A stretch of DNA of 64,000 nt from assembly GCF_009914755.1 (NCBI RefSeq), contig NC_060928.1. One strand, 5' to 3'. Under the pieces are notes generated by a model. That model saw nothing but the letters and a program-made list of their open reading frames with translations, ran no database searches and had not been told where the DNA came from. This DNA is from the human T2T-CHM13v2.0 reference genome, Homo sapiens. Position 1 is the first letter of the stretch. The number at the start of each line of letters is the position of its first letter. Both the position numbers and the translations under genes were made by a program. Of the stretch, positions 30,284 through 51,590 are shown one piece after another.

Positions 30284-31823
30284 AAATGTTATGATTTTTC
30301 TTGATAGATATGTGTAAGAAGCTTCTTCACCTGCCTTAAACTTCTTATCCTTCTCTCTTCACACTGAGTTCTTTACAAGCTCCTGGTGTTTATTCTCCTA
30401 ATTAAATATTTAGTTCTATATTCTTCTCTATGCAAGAAAAGAAGAGTTCTTTGGGAGCAGGAAGGAAAAAAACATCCTCCCACCTATGTCCAATTCAAGG
30501 AGAAAACAAGCTGGCTACCAAAACTCCCCTGGGGCTCGTGTTTTCTATGCATGGTGAGAACACTATTCAAGGACGTCTAAGAACTGAGCATATATAATAA
30601 TTATCTCTTTAGGGTTCTTAGGCTCTGCAGGGCATGCATAAGAGTGGAATACACCAACTCATAAATCTAAATGATTTATAACAACATTATATATACCACA
30701 ATAAATACTTAAAGAAATAAATGAACAAAACTTAGACTTTGCAGTAGTGCTTTAAAAACATTCAAAAATTAATAGCTACAGTTCGAAGCCCTCGATAGAG
30801 TAGTAAATTCTCTATCCGTGTAAGTCTTCTAGAGACCCTGGTACAGTGAAGGCTCAAAGCTGTGCAGGTTGGAAGGAGGATTCTGCAGTGTTAAGCCAGG
30901 GCCCTTTGGAATGAGCCTCAGGTCCAGGCCTTTTCCAGTGGAGATCTTTCTCCAGCAGAACACAAACCATCAGGTGAATGACCTGGGTTGGGGTAAATTC
31001 ATTCGGTCACACCCCATGCCTTGGGCCAAACCATGCACCCAGTTAAAGGGAATGGGTGGCTATTTCTGTATCCCCAAGAATAAAACCAACTGTGACCTCT
31101 AATGCTATTGGGGCTAGAAAGGGAAGAAATATGCCTTCTTTCATGTGAATTCATGTAAGGGATGAGGATGGGGAATCATTCACTGAGCAAAGATAATTAT
31201 TTGCAACTAGAACATCCCTAAGCCTGCAAATAAATCTTCAGAATAAGACCATGAGAGTAAAAGCAATTTCTGGCCCAGGTCTCATGCCCTAAGCACTTCA
31301 CCTAGACAATCCTCCTGAGAAAAACAAAAAAGTCACTCCTTCCCTAGGCCTGCTGGTTCTGGCCTGGAGGCTGGTTGCTTAAACCAATGATTGTTTTCTA
31401 GAGAGCTGTCAGGGAGAGCAAAAGTAATGAAATCATTTCATGTTCTTTATCTGGGAGAGTCAGCCTGTGGCATTCTCAGCACTTCTCTTGAGCTGTATCC
31501 ATCACTGTCAGACTGTCTTGTGGGAGTGGGGCATGCAGATTAAAAATGACTTCACAGCCCCTCCCTCGCAGGTTAGGGAGCATGACATCTATTGGCAGCT
31601 GGGCATCTGATGGCTGAGAGCCAGGCACCACATTGCTACATTTCCACTGGGTCCTTGCTGAAAATATTTCTCCTGAATAATATCTTGGCCCTAATGTTGA
31701 ACCAACTCCATCCCAGACTCACATCCTCTCTGAGATGATCTTTTGGTGATCTTCCACTCTCCACTGTAGCTTTTCTTCCTACCGCAAATTCAACACTGTA
31801 GCAGATTTCCCATGGTGTATTGT

Positions 31824-32892
31824 TATCGGGGGACCTGCCCCGATAATCACGTAGGTTCTTTTCTATTTTCCTAAGCGTCGACTGGCTTGAGAAATAAAAG
31901 GACAGAGTACAAAAGAGAGAAATTTTAAAGCTGGGCGTCCGGGGGAGACATCACACATTGGTAGGATCCGTGATGCCCCACAAGCCACAAAAACCAGCAA
32001 GTTTTTATTAGGGATTTTCAAAAGGGGAGGGAGTGTGCGAATAGGTGTGGGTGACAGACATCAAGTACTTAAAAGGGTAATAGAATATCAAAAGGCAAGT
32101 GGAGGCAGGGCGAGATCACAGGACCACAGGACTGAAACGAAATTAAAATTGCTAATGAAGTTTTGGGCACCATTGTCATTGATAACATCTTATCAGGAGA
32201 CAGGGTTTTGAGATCAACCGGTCTGACCAAAATTTATTAGGCGGGAATTTCCTCTTCCTAATAAGCCTGGGAGCGGTATGGGAGACTGGAGTTTATTCCA
32301 CCTCTGTAATCTCGACCATAAGAGACAGGTACGCCCCGGGGGGCCAGTTCAGAGACCTACCCCTAGGTGCACATTCTCTTTCTCAGGGACGTTCCATGCT
32401 GAGAAAAGGAATTCAGAGATATTTCTCTCATTTACTTTTGAAAGAAGAGAAATATGGCTCTGTTCTGCCTGACTCACCGGCAGTCAGAATTTAAGGTTAT
32501 CTCTCTTATTCCCTGAACAATTGCTGTTATCCTGTTCTTTTTTCAGGGTGCCCACATTTCATATCGGTCAAACACACATGCTGTACAATTTGTGTACTTA
32601 ACGCAATTATTACAGGGTCCTGAGACGATATACATCCTTCTCGGCTGACAGGATTAAGAGATTAAAGTAAAGACAGGCATAGGAAATCACAAGGGTATTG
32701 ATTGGGGAAGTGATAAGTGTCCATGAAATCTTTACAATTTATGTTTAGAGATTGCAGTAAAGACAGGCATAAGAAATTACAAAAGTATTAATTTGGGGAA
32801 CTAATAAATGTCCATAAAATCTTCACAATCCACGTTCTTCTGTCATGGCTTCAGCCGGTTCCTCCATTTGGGATCCCTGACTTCCTGCAACA
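31824..32892 (-). mobile_element. MER11 (MER11C-like) solo LTR of HERV-K(HML-8), full length, 1069 bp
   Basis: Minus strand starts TGTTGCAGGAAGTCAGGGATCCC and ends CCCCCGATA; perfect 6-bp TSD TATTGT at 31818-31823 and 32893-32898. Confidence 0.92.
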
Positions 32893-33250
32893 TATTGTAA
32901 ATATGTTTAAGATTTTCTGTATATTGTGATGTTTTGACATCTTAACCTTTCTGGCTGGGGAGAGATTACCCCTCCAGGAGCTAGCCAATTCTTAGAGGTA
33001 GCAAAGGACCCAGAGGGGAACATGCCTTTGATAAGCAGACTAACCAGTCCAGAGCCATATCTCCTCTACCTGGCCCTCAGGAGGCAATATTCCATGATTT
33101 AATCATCCCTGGGCCTGGTATCAGGAACCTAGGACCACCACTACAGCTCGGAGCCCACCAAAATTATATCTAAACCAGCCAATACCACACTGTCCACCCT
33201 GCTCTGCCTCGACATTCCCTCAGAAACCCCAATCAAGCCACTGGCCTAAT
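32893..33250 (+). mobile_element. ERVL-class LTR (MER74/MER73-like) whose first bases were split off by MER11
   Basis: TG(31816-31817)+TATTGT...GATGTTTTGACATCTT...GCTAGCCAATTCTTAGAG...TAACCAGTCCAGAGCCATA. Confidence 0.65.
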
Positions 33251-33254
33251 GTGT

Positions 33255-34965
<1,711 letters not shown>

Positions 34966-35934
34966 CAAAATATGAAGCCAGCATTGGCATTTGTCTTCAG
35001 TGTAAATTCCTGTGATGCCGTATCTATGTTCAGTCTTCTTCAGTGGGGCTTGTCCATGCTTCTCTCTCCCCTCTCAGAGTCACTGAAACAAATGCAGGTT
35101 TCCCACAGGCTTCCAGCCCTGGAGGAAATTGCTATGGCTGCTTAGTTAGCAGAAGTGACACTAGTAAAGAAAGCCAGCTTGGGATGCTGGCTAAATAGAC
35201 AGGGAAGGAGCTCTGTCAGAGCTGCCCTTTATACACGGTAACATATCCTCAGTGATCACACAGAGAGTGGAAGTCACTGAGGTTGAGCATGGCCACCATA
35301 AGCCGTTTCTCACCTAGGCTCCAGGGTGAAAGGGATTGGAGGCAGCCCTGCCTACCAGGTGGTCAGCACCTGACAAGCTTAAGTAGGCCCCCAAATCCAG
35401 CTAACTCCATTCTTCCCTCATCCCAAAAAAGTACTGCATGTCATGGGGCCACTGTCCTTGTGAGCAATGCCGCACTCTTCAGCCAAACAGCCATCTGACT
35501 TTGACTTAGAAAAGGCAGAGCCAGGCATCACTCCAAATGGATAGACCCCAAATGTCCCTTGTTTCCATGATGGGCAAGGTCCATTTCAGAGCCAGTTTGG
35601 GAAGGTGGCTTCTCTCCATCACAGGAAGCATATGTTTCTGGAAGCCAGCCTTCCACTGGTTCTGGAAAGAATCCTTTGGACCAGAGATGAAGTGGGGCCT
35701 GGATTGCTCTGCCAGATGAGTTCCTGTCCGGTCAGCCATGCCCAGGGTGGAGCCCTACCAAGGCAGACCACTTCCCTACCGCGCGGAGGCCAATGGGGGC
35801 CAGGATGTGCACCTGACTTCCTGCTTCCACCTTGCCCCAGCTCTGGGCTTCCAGGCTTCTCTCCATTATTTTTCTCTTGTCGTTTGTTCCTAGATCTTGG
35901 CTACTCTGACCAGCAGCTTTCTCTCTCTCTCTGT

Positions 35935-36432
35935 CTATTAAATGGCATTATTAAGGTATAATTGACATGAAATAAGCTGAGCATTTAACTGTACAATTTG
36001 ATAAATTTTGACATTCATATATACCCGGGTAACCATCACCACCAAATCAAGATAGAGAACACATCCATCACCCCCAAAAGTCTCCTTGTGCCCCCTCGGT
36101 CATCCCTCCCTCCTGCCCTTGCCTGTCCCCCATTCCCAAGAAGCACCAATCTGCTGCCTGTCACTAAGGATTAGTCTGCATTTTCTAGAGTTTTACATAA
36201 ATACAATCACACAGTATGTGTTCTCTCTCTTTCTCCCTCTCTCTCTCTCTCTTTCTCTCTCTGGTCTGTCTGCTTTCACTTAGAAAAATTATCTTGAGAT
36301 TTATCTATATTGCTGCATGTATCAATAATTTATTCTGTTTTCTTGCTGAGTAGTATTCCATCATATGGCTATGCCATAATTTCTTTACCTGTTCATCTGT
36401 TGGTGGATGTTTACATTGTTTCCAGGTTTGGG
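35935..36432 (-). mobile_element. L1MB/L1MC 3' fragment
   Basis: ATTAAGGTATAATTGACAT...TACAATTTGATAAATTTTGACA...AACACATCCATCACCCCCAAAAG. Confidence 0.8.
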
Positions 36433-36881
36433 GAAGCCTTTCTCTTCAACCAGCTGGGCTGGCGGTCCTTCAGAAAACACCCAGCACTCCTTGCTGCCAA
36501 GGCTTCTTGCTCTGACCACTTCTGACTTGCTGCAGTGGGAGCAGGAGAGTCACTCCACAGAGTGCAGGAAGATTTGCGAGGAGAGGTGGTCGCATCTCCA
36601 TACAACCCCTCCACTTCTCCCTGCTCCTCCCCACTACCTCTATTTCAACAGCCTCTCAGATCACAACTGCCCCTTGACTTGAGCCAGGAAGAGAAGGGAC
36701 CAGATAGCAACTGGGAGGAATGGGACAGGTCAATAGTGACACCTTTCATTTCATGAGTATTTCCCACTGTTTGCCCTTTGAGGACAAAGCAAGTCCCTGT
36801 GGAGCGGTAGTTTGCTGACAACTTTTATAACACTGACTCTTAGAATATGTCTTTTAAGAGATTAATAAAGAATGTTTATGG

Positions 36882-37030
36882 CAGTGCTTCTTAACCTTTG
36901 ATGTGGACACAAATCATTAGAGGGTCATGTAAAATGCAGATTCTGATTCAGTAGGCTGGGGATGGGACTTGAGACTGCATTTCCAGCAAGCTCGCAGATG
37001 ACTGGATGCTGCTGTCTTCAGGCTGCATGC
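36882..37030. mobile_element. MER5A-like
   Basis: CAGTGCTTCTTAACC...AAAATGCAGATTCTGATTCAGTAGG...CTGCATTTCCAGCAAGCTC. Confidence 0.75.
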
Positions 37031-37549
37031 TTCAAGGGGTCATTCGCAGGTGTTTAGTTGTTTAATAATTGCTTTTTAACAAGTGTTTAATCACTATCTA
37101 TAAAACTCTAATAAGTACAGGCTAATGCAAGTTGTCTTCTCTCCTGGAGATCCCCTGCAGCTATTCTGAATTAACCAGGGCCTCCTACTGAATACCCCAA
37201 GTGTTCCCTTGAAACTAGGATTGGTGTTAAAGCTAGGTGGTGTCAGATTTTAGCCTGCCAAGAACAGCTCCTCCTGTTGGCAAAATATCTACTGTTTCTC
37301 TGGTTTGCTGCCTTATACTGATCTTGGTTCCTGGGAAGTTTGGAACTTATACTGCAAAAATGGGTTATGGTGAAAACAGATGGACTACAAGGATGCAGGA
37401 AAAAATGAAAAAAATAGGTTATGGGATAACTTGAATAAGATCTTTTTTCTGTGGGGCCCAACTATCACAGACCCATCTAGGGTGGAAATGAGCTGGTACT
37501 GGTAGCTGTGGAAACCACAGATCTCTGGATGCAAAGTTGTGATAAAGTG

Positions 37550-39500
37550 ATCCATTCAATCATGCAAATGAATGTTTATGTCCTGAAACATGCAAGGCAC
37601 TGTGAATACAGTCCCTTCCCTCAAGGGAGAGCAAGACACAAACTGATATAGCACTCATTTATACCCAGAGGTACAAACTATACAGGAAAGCAGGTGGTGG
37701 TTACCTGAATGACAGCTGGGAGCTGGCTAGGACAAAAGCAAGGGAGATATTCCAAAAAGAAGGAATGACTGGAGTAAAGCCACAGGGTAGGAATGTCCAG
37801 TGTGTCTTTGGAGAAAGGAAGTTTCAGTCTTCATGTCAGGAGGAATGGAATTGGAGGATGTGAAGGGAGGCCAGAGGCCTGTCTTGACTCATTACCACCC
37901 GAATGAAATTTGGTAGCTAATTAGGGATACAGACATCAGAACCAAGATGGTGTTTTATGATTGATTTGGTGGCAATACGTTTTGATGGAACAGTGGAGTG
38001 AGTCAGGAGGTAAAGAGAACAGGTAGGAGGCCACTGTATCGATTGAGGTGTGCAAACCTCAGCCAGATAGGAGTTCCAGCGATAGAAAATGTAGGTTAGA
38101 TGAAGGAACAGGGGAAGAAGACACCCCAGGACCGGGTAGCTGTATGGCAGGGGTGATGGAGAGAGGACAATGATCATGCTGCAATTTTGAGTCTTTCTGA
38201 GAGAATGGCAGTTCTGAACCATGAGTTTGGTTTTAGTTAAACTGAAACACTTATGTGAAAATGTCCAGCAGGCCAGCAGAGACATTAATCTGCAGCTTTA
38301 AAACCAAAGGGCTCAGCTGGACATGGTGGCTCACGCCTGTAATCCCAGCACTTTGGGATGCCAAGCGGGGTGGATCACCTGAGGTCAGGAGTTTGAGACC
38401 AGCCTTGGCAATATGGTGGAACCCCATCTCTACCAAAAATATGAAAGTTGGGCAGGCGTAGTGGTGGGTGCCTGTAATCCCAGCTACTTGGGAGGCTGAG
38501 GCAGGAGAATCACTTGAACCTGGGTGCAGAGGTTGCAGTGAGCTGAGATCACGCCATTGCACTCCAGTCTGGGCAACAAGAGCAAAGCTCTGTCTCAAAA
38601 AAAAAAAAAAAAAAAAAAAAGCAAAGACCTCCTGGAGACAGACATTTAGGTTACCCACACTGAGTTATTTCATTTTTCCTACAAACAAGCAAGCAAAAAC
38701 ATGAGACTCTCTGGTAGTCTACACTGTGCTACTCACTGGGGCTACAAAAGTGAGAAAGATGGGTTTCCTCCCCTTGGAGTTGTCAGATCCATGGAGGAAA
38801 CATGCCTCTCCTGCATTAACAGATTCCAGCACTGCAGTGGAAGGGGTTGCCGAGCGAGGTGGGGGAAACCCTTAGGTAGATGAGAGCACTGAGGAGGGAG
38901 GGCCCAGAGTGGGTAGATTCTTTCCTTGTAAGTTTACATCTTTCTATTGCTCACAATGTGCCAGGCACTGGTTTGAGCACTGCCAAGTGCAGACTTGTGA
39001 CCACTGGAGTATACTGTCCCACTCAGTGAGGTCGGCAAGCAGTGGGAGAGAAATTACTCGGAGAAGGAAATAGAGAAAGGCCCCAGGGATAGGAAATCAA
39101 GTTACTGAGAAATCCCTGAGGTCAAAAAGGAAGTGATAACAGTGGTCATCGGTGTCAAACGCTAACAAAATGTCAAGAAGGATAAGAATGAATTGGAGAT
39201 GGTTGATTTGGGAACTTGGTGAAGTCACGGTCATCTTTGGCAGCAATTTCAGTTAAGAAGCATCAGAGAAAGTCACAGAATGAGAGAGTTATGAGGAAGT
39301 GGAGAAACATGGAGTGTAGATATCTCTTTTTTTGAGAATTTTGGTAGTAAAAGGAAAAATGAGTGCCAGCAGTTCAAGGTGAGAGAAATTTAGGAATTTT
39401 GGGGGGTGGGATTATAAGAGAGTCTGAGGCATGTTAGTAACCAGAGGATGAAGGAAACATTGGAAATGTTCACAGATTGAGGAGAAAATGAAAGGAATAG
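37550..39500 (-). mobile_element. L2 fragments with an AluS (+) at about 38316-38620
   Basis: CATTCAATCA start; GTGTCAAACGCT...GTCAAGAAGGATAAGAA; full Alu with A tail. Confidence 0.7.
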
Positions 39501-40033
39501 CTTCCATGGAGAGTGTGTCAACTCTGCTTGGCTGCTCACCTGCTCTTCATACAGCACCACTTAACCCTCGCTTGTGGTCACTGCCCTTGAGGGGTTGGCA
39601 CTATAGCCTTCAGAACACTCTGGTTGGACCCTAGTCCTCCTGGAGCCACCAGGCCCTAATCAGTGGTTTCTCCTTTGTGCTGCATTTCCCTGGGAGTGAA
39701 TTAGTGGTCTAAAGCCCAGTTTTCTCGGTGAATGTCTGTGTTCTGGCTTGTAAACAAACTGTTGATCAGATCTAGAGATTTCAGGAAACTGGTTTTCCTA
39801 GTCCTGTACACTAGAATGCTCCAATGACAGCTCCTCCAAGTACTGAGCATTTGTCAACCCAGATTTCTACTGAACCCCAGCTTTGCTTCTGTAGATTTGG
39901 CATTTGGTTTGAAAATTTTGCTGATTGTCCTAATTTCAAGAGACTTTACGTGGAAATCACCTTTTAAACCCACAGCTAGCAAACAACTATTTTATTTGCA
40001 CTAAATAGCTAGCTTTAGGCTCTCTCTGGGTTA

Positions 40034-40737
<704 letters not shown>

Positions 40738-41699
40738 GAGGAAAGATTAGGAAATTCAAGAAGCAAGTCAACCTAGAGATCCTCATTCCCCAGCCAGTCA
40801 TCCATCCATCTAAATATTCATTTACTCATCCTCTTAATTTTTCATTTATCTGTTCATCCAGTCAACAAAATTTGTGGATCACTCACAATATGAGCCTCCA
40901 GAAATAAGAGACAAAAACACTGAGAAAGCCGCAGGAAAGACTGAAACTAGCCCATCAGTGACTCAGAGGCCTAGACACGCCTAAATTATCTTTTGCTTTC
41001 AGCTAAAGAGAAAGGGAAAAACCTGTTTTATTCACGTACGTCGATGCTGGGGCTTCGACCAATTAGGATCTCAGGCTTCTCTCTCCTGTCCAGTTCTCCC
41101 CCAAGGAGGCATGAGTAAAGCTATCATTTAGCAATTCTGGGCAATAAGGCAAGTGCAGGGTATCAAGTCACTTAAAGACCTTGCCAAATCTAGAGGTGGG
41201 GAGGAATGCTACTTGCATAATATTTCTTGCTATTCATTACAGCAACAGGAAAATAAGCATTTTATAACAAATTTAACACCAGGTCCTGCCCCAGCAGGAG
41301 CTCCTTTAGGTACCAGAGGTTTTGCAACCTCCCACTGCTTAGCAGTTAGCGACCCAGCAGGGGCCCCCACTCATCACAGTTTCACTCTGGAGATGCTGCC
41401 CCTGGCTCCACTTCCTTGCCTGGGATTATCACAAGACCCAGATTCCCACCAGCTTCAACTGCTCCTCCAGGACTAGAGTGGAGCCCAGCCTTGGGCCAGG
41501 GAAAGGAAGAGGCAGGGGTATCAATGAAAAGCAGGAAGAATGTTCCACCTCATTCTACCACTGTCAGACACTGAACATGAAACAGACCCACATCTAAGTC
41601 ACGCTCATTTAAAACTGGATTCTTATTTTTTAAATTTCCAACTAAAAGCAAAAATATTCCTGTAGATCATCTGAAGCAGAAAAAATAATAGGCAAAAAA

Positions 41700-43730
<2,031 letters not shown>

Positions 43731-43737
43731 TCATTTG

Positions 43738-44910
43738 ATAGACAAATGGAATTACTTAAAACTAAAAAGCTTCTGCACAGCAAATGAAACTATCAACAGA
43801 ATTAAGAGATAACCTACAGAATGGGAGAAAATATTTGCAAACTATATATATGAGAAGGTGTTAATATTCAGAATACATAAGGAATTCAAACAACTCAATA
43901 GCAAAAAAAATCCAATTTTTACAATGGGCAAAAGATCTGAATAGATGTTTCTCAAAAGAAGACATAAAAATACCTGAGGTATATGAAAAAATCCTTCAAC
44001 GTCATAAACATCAGGGAAATGCAAATTGAAACCACGAAAAATATCATTTCACTCCAGTTAGAATGGCTATTATTAAAAAGACAAAAAATAAATGCTGGTG
44101 AGGATGCAGAGAAAGAAACTCTTATACACTGCTGGTGGGAAGGAAAATTAGTACCACCACTATAAAAAACAGTAGAGTGATTCCTCAGAAAATTAAAAAT
44201 AGAACTACCACATGATCTAGCAATCCCACTACTGGGTATACATCCCAAGAAAATGAAATCAATATGTCAAAGAGATACCTGCACTCCCATGTTTACTGTA
44301 GCGCTATTCACAATAGCCAAGACATGGAATCAACCGACGTGTCCATCAGTGGATGAATGCATAAAGAAAATGTGTTATATTTATACAAGGGAATACTATT
44401 CAGACTTAAAAAAAGAATGAAATCCTGTCATTTGCAGCAACATGGATAAGACTGGAGAATATTATGTGAAGTAAAATAAGCAGGTGCAGAAGGGCAAATA
44501 CTGCATGATCTCACTCACATGTGAAATCTAAAAAAGTTGATCTCAGAGAAGTAGAGAGTAGAACAGTGATTACCAGAGGCTGGGAAGGGAAGAGGGGAGA
44601 GAGGATGAAGAGAAGTTGGTCAATGGATTCAAAGTACAGATAGGAGGAATAAATTCTAGTATTCCATTGCACAGTAGGGTTACTATGGTTAAGAATAATG
44701 TATATTTCAAAACAGCTAGAAGAGAAAATTTTGGATGTGCTCACCAAAATTTTAATTTTGAGAATTAAAATGAGAAATGATCAATGTCTGAGGTGATGGG
44801 TATGCAAATTACCCTAATTGAATCATTACACACTGTATACATGCATTGAAATCCACTATATCCCATAAATATGTACAATTATTATGTGTCAATGAAAAAT
44901 TAGAATAAAA
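43738..44910 (+). mobile_element. L1MA 3' end (ORF2 C-terminal remnant plus 3'UTR), 5'-truncated
   Basis: Remnant [34 protein letters not shown]; AATAAAA end; TSD AG(G/A)TTGTCATTTG. Confidence 0.9.
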
Positions 44911-46362
44911 GAGATTGTCATTTGCCTTTCCTTTAGTATTGTTTATAATATTTTCTAAAAAAAAAATAGTTTTAGTTTTTACTTGGACAAATTAATTGAC
45001 CTTTTCCCTTACGTTCTGTTTTTAATGCCATGCTTGGAAAGCCTTTCTCTATTTCAAGAAAAATTCACTGTCCTAGCGTTCTTTTTAGGCAACATCATTT
45101 AATGACTTTCTGATCAAATGAGGAAAACTACAGATAATCAGAACTTATCCAATGACTTGAGTGATTGTCCAGCACAATATCTACTTTTCTGCCATTTAGA
45201 AAATGTCCCCCTTGGGGGAAGACAGGACTCAGTGCCATTTTGTGTGTCTCCTGGGAGCAGCGTGTCATTCTGACTCAGGGACTTTCATTCCCTATGTCCC
45301 CCTGAGGCTTCATTTCCTATCTCAGACGTGGCCTGCTTGAGTCAAGATGACTTCTTTGCTGCTGTTGATGGGAGTTGTGGGTTTACAATCTGTGTGCACT
45401 TGGACCACTTTCCCTCTCTCCAGGCTTCTCCAAAGAATATGTTTAGAAAAAACAAATACCTAGAGCTTCCAAAGACATTGAAAAATTGGTTCAAGGACTC
45501 ACCCATTTCCTTTCTTAAAAAAAAAAAAAGACAATGGTCTTTATGTAAGTTTGTTCAACCTTGTCCATGCAGGAACAACCCCACCCAGGGGACCAACCTC
45601 TCTCTCAGGCCATGATCCTGATGCAGTCTGGTTGTTTTTCAAGCCCCACCCAGGCCCTTGCTGAGTGACAGGAAGACAGAATATTGAGCTGCATTCTCTC
45701 TGCAGCCAAGAAATACAAAAAAGATCATCTAAGTGCATGAGCATCATTCACTGCTAGCCTAGTGTTTCTCTCTAAACAGGCTTTACCAGGTGGGGATGAA
45801 GGAGATACAGCATAAATGCCTGAGCAAGAAGCTAGCATTCAGGCAAATGGAGCCACTTGTGACGAAAAGCCTATGAATTCACTGTTCTTTTAATATATCT
45901 CCCTCCTCCTTTTGAGGAAAAGTTAAAAAAAATACTTTCTTTGCATAATTTATCTTTATCCCCTAACTTTACCATCTTTTTTATTCCTCTAGTAAAATTG
46001 CTACCAAGGTTTTTCAAGAGAGTTCTCTAAGAGGTGTTTGCTGTTTACCATGACAAAGCTATAAGTGAAAGGAGCTGTTGCAAGAGATGGGGGAAAGGGA
46101 TTAGGCTCAATCTGCTTGAATTGCTAGAAAACAACATTACTGTGTTAATAGCACAATTTTCTCCCTATAATACCCCCCAACTCCCACCATCAGGAAGATG
46201 CAGGCCTGCCAAAGCGGCTGCAACCCTGAGGCAAGGGCCAGCAGTGAATCTTAGGTTAGCAGCCACCTACCTGTTCCTTCTCCCGAAGCAAAGAGGACTC
46301 AAACTTACAAAGACAGAATGACTATAAAATGTCAACTTCCACTCACTTTCCATTTCTCCCCC

Positions 46363-46725
46363 TGATATGGTTTGCATTTGTGTCCCTGTCCAACTCTCAT
46401 GTCAAATTGGACGGGCCTGGTGGGAGGTGACTGGATCATGGTGGCAGATTTCCCCCTCGCTGTTCCGATAATGGGTGAGTTCTCACCAGATCTGATGGTT
46501 TAAAATTGTATAGCACTTCCTCCTTTGTTCTCTCTCTCTCCTGCTGCCATGTGAGGAAGGTGCTTGCTTCCCCTTCACCTTCCGCCATGATCGTAAGTTT
46601 CCTGTGGCCTCCCAGTTATGCTTCCTTTTAAGCCTAAAGAACTGTGAGCCAATTAAACCTCTTTTCTTCATAAATTACCCAGTCTCAGGTAGTTCTTTAT
46701 AGCAGCCTGAGAACGGACTAATACA
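46363..46725 (+). mobile_element. MSTA/THE1-type MaLR solo LTR
   Basis: TGATATGGTTTG ... AATTAAACCTCTTTTCTTCATAAATTACCCAGTCTCAGG ... GGACTAATACA; 5-bp TSD CCCCC/CGCCC. Confidence 0.9.
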
Positions 46726-46772
46726 CGCCCTTTATAATCTTTCTCACACAAACGTACTTAAAACAGTTTTAG

Positions 46773-47117
<345 letters not shown>

Positions 47118-47184
47118 AGAAATGACAAATTCTAAGAACTTCAATACAACATACTGTAACCAATAGGTTTTAAAAATATATATA

Positions 47185-48560
<1,376 letters not shown>

Positions 48561-49108
48561 TTTTAAACAATGGGACCCCTTGTTGGAAGAAGCATGGTTT
48601 TAGGAACCCAAAATGACAGCAATTACAATGAGAAAATAAAAGAGCAAGAAGGGAAACCCCAAAGGGGTTTAGGATCTGGGCTACGCACACAGCTTCCCCC
48701 ACCCTCAGTGGTCTGTACATGTATGAACATGCCAGCATGAGAAACATATACATTAACACGTGATTTAAATATTCACATTTTAAACTGCCCAGCGCAGGAA
48801 TTCCTCTATAACACTTCCGACAATGATCATACCACTCTGTTTGAATATTTAATAAAGGTAATTTACTTTAAAAGGAAATTCTTCTTGTTTGTTTAAAATG
48901 CTTACATAATTAAATTTATTTTTAAAAATCGCAACTTCTCAGAAATTTTATTTTATTAATTCATTACACAATTTCTTATCAAGCATTGAGTTCTAGATGC
49001 CAGGGATACAGCAATGAACAAAACAGACATAAATTCACATCATGATGAAACTTCCATTCCCATAAATCAACTATGTTAAATAAATTGATGAAAATAAATT
49101 ATATAGTA

Positions 49109-50012
<904 letters not shown>

Positions 50013-51307
50013 TCAAAACCAGACAGGTATCCCTTACAGATTCCATGTTACCTCATCACAGTGTTTCTCACTATATGAACTTACCTTGTTCTGTAATTTG
50101 TTTTTCTCTCCACTAGAATGTGAGCTCCATTAGAGAAGGAACATTTTGTTTTTCTTATTCACTCCGTACCACTGTACTCCAGCATCTAGAACAATGCTAC
50201 AGTAGTAGGTGCTCACTAAATATGTGTTGAATGACTGACTGGCAATGCATGAATGATAGCTTAACCCAAGACCATCTCCAGGGCCCCATTGCCCTTGCTC
50301 TTCTGCACACTGCTGACCCAGGGAAAGGAAAGGGGCCGATGATGTCAATCACACTGGCTGGTCCCATCTCCCGCTGCAGCTTCTCAGGAGTGTGAGACAT
50401 TTCAATTAAAACAAAGGGAGAGGACAGTGCTATTGCTGGAAAGGCAAACATCTGTGGAAGAGATGATTGGGGTGGGCAGAAGAGGAGGATAAAAAAGGGA
50501 ACTTGTCTGTCTTTTGAATCATTTTGCATAAACAGAGTTTAGGTCCCATCTTCCCTTTCAGCTTCTAAATCTTCACGTGTGGAGGTTGTGGGGATTGCTG
50601 CTGGGTATTTGATCTTTGGTCAGCAGCCCTCTTTTATCAGAAACAGGAATTCAAAGGTGCAAAGGTTAAAATGCCCTCACAGGTTAAGACCCCTCACAGG
50701 TTCCAGCATGGACTTCACAGCCTGTTAGAATTAACCGCTTAATGTTGGGGTATAACCCACCTACTGATTTTATGATTATTATTTTTCAATCTGGAAATAT
50801 ACAGTAGCAGGCCTGATTTAAAGGGAGATGTACATTGACCTGCTTAGAATGCTGATGATCTGCCAGAACACAGTGGAATCCAGGGCAATATATTTTTTTT
50901 CATAATTTTTAGAAGACAAGCCTATTCAGGTGCCAAGAACAAAAGAAAAAGAAAACAGCTGGGCTGTAGATCAAATAAAATGGTAATTCTGGACCTTAAA
51001 AATCAGAGTTGAATATATGCCACAGGGCTCAGCACTCTTGTCAAACATGTTTCAAGAACAGCAGGTTTCTTAAGTACATCACCACATGTGGTATTGGCAA
51101 GCTTGTGCGGTCGCTTCCCCGCCTTGTGAAAATCTGTGCATTTATTCATCTTAAAATACCTCGAGATTGTCAAATATTAAAACGTAAAAATATGACTCGT
51201 GCTGTCATGTCAATAGGATTCATGAACCAGATAGGACTTGCCTGCCAGAGAGCAAACACTAGAAGCGTCTAAGAAGCTGGAAGCTTAAAAATCTAAAGGG
51301 TTTTTGA

Positions 51308-51590
51308 GGTCCGGTGCGGTGGGTCACGTCTGTAATCCTTGCACTTTCGGAGGCCGAGGTGGGCAGAGGCCAGGAGCTCAAGACAAGCCGGGACAACCTG
51401 GCAAAACCCTGTCTCTCCTAAAAATACAAAAAATTAGCCGGTGTGGTGGTGCTTGCCTGTAATCCGAGCTAGTCAAGAGGCTGAGGCAGGAGAATAGCTT
51501 GAACCCGGAAGGCGGAAGTTGCAGTGAGCCGAGATCGTGCTACTGCACTCCATCCTGGGCGACAGAGCGAGACTGTGTCTCGGAAAAAAA
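51308..51590 (+). mobile_element. Atypically mutated AluS
   Basis: Alu dimer with many transversions, a short internal deletion, newly created CpGs and a 7-A tail. Confidence 0.9.

Noticed and set aside
43738-44250. L1 ORF2-like peptide
   Set aside because: 5'-truncated with stops and frameshifts; an inactive fossil.
45180-45355. Cluster of AP-1-like TGACTCA/TGAGTCA sites
   Set aside because: Such 7-mers are scattered throughout the window; enhancer status cannot be supported from sequence alone.
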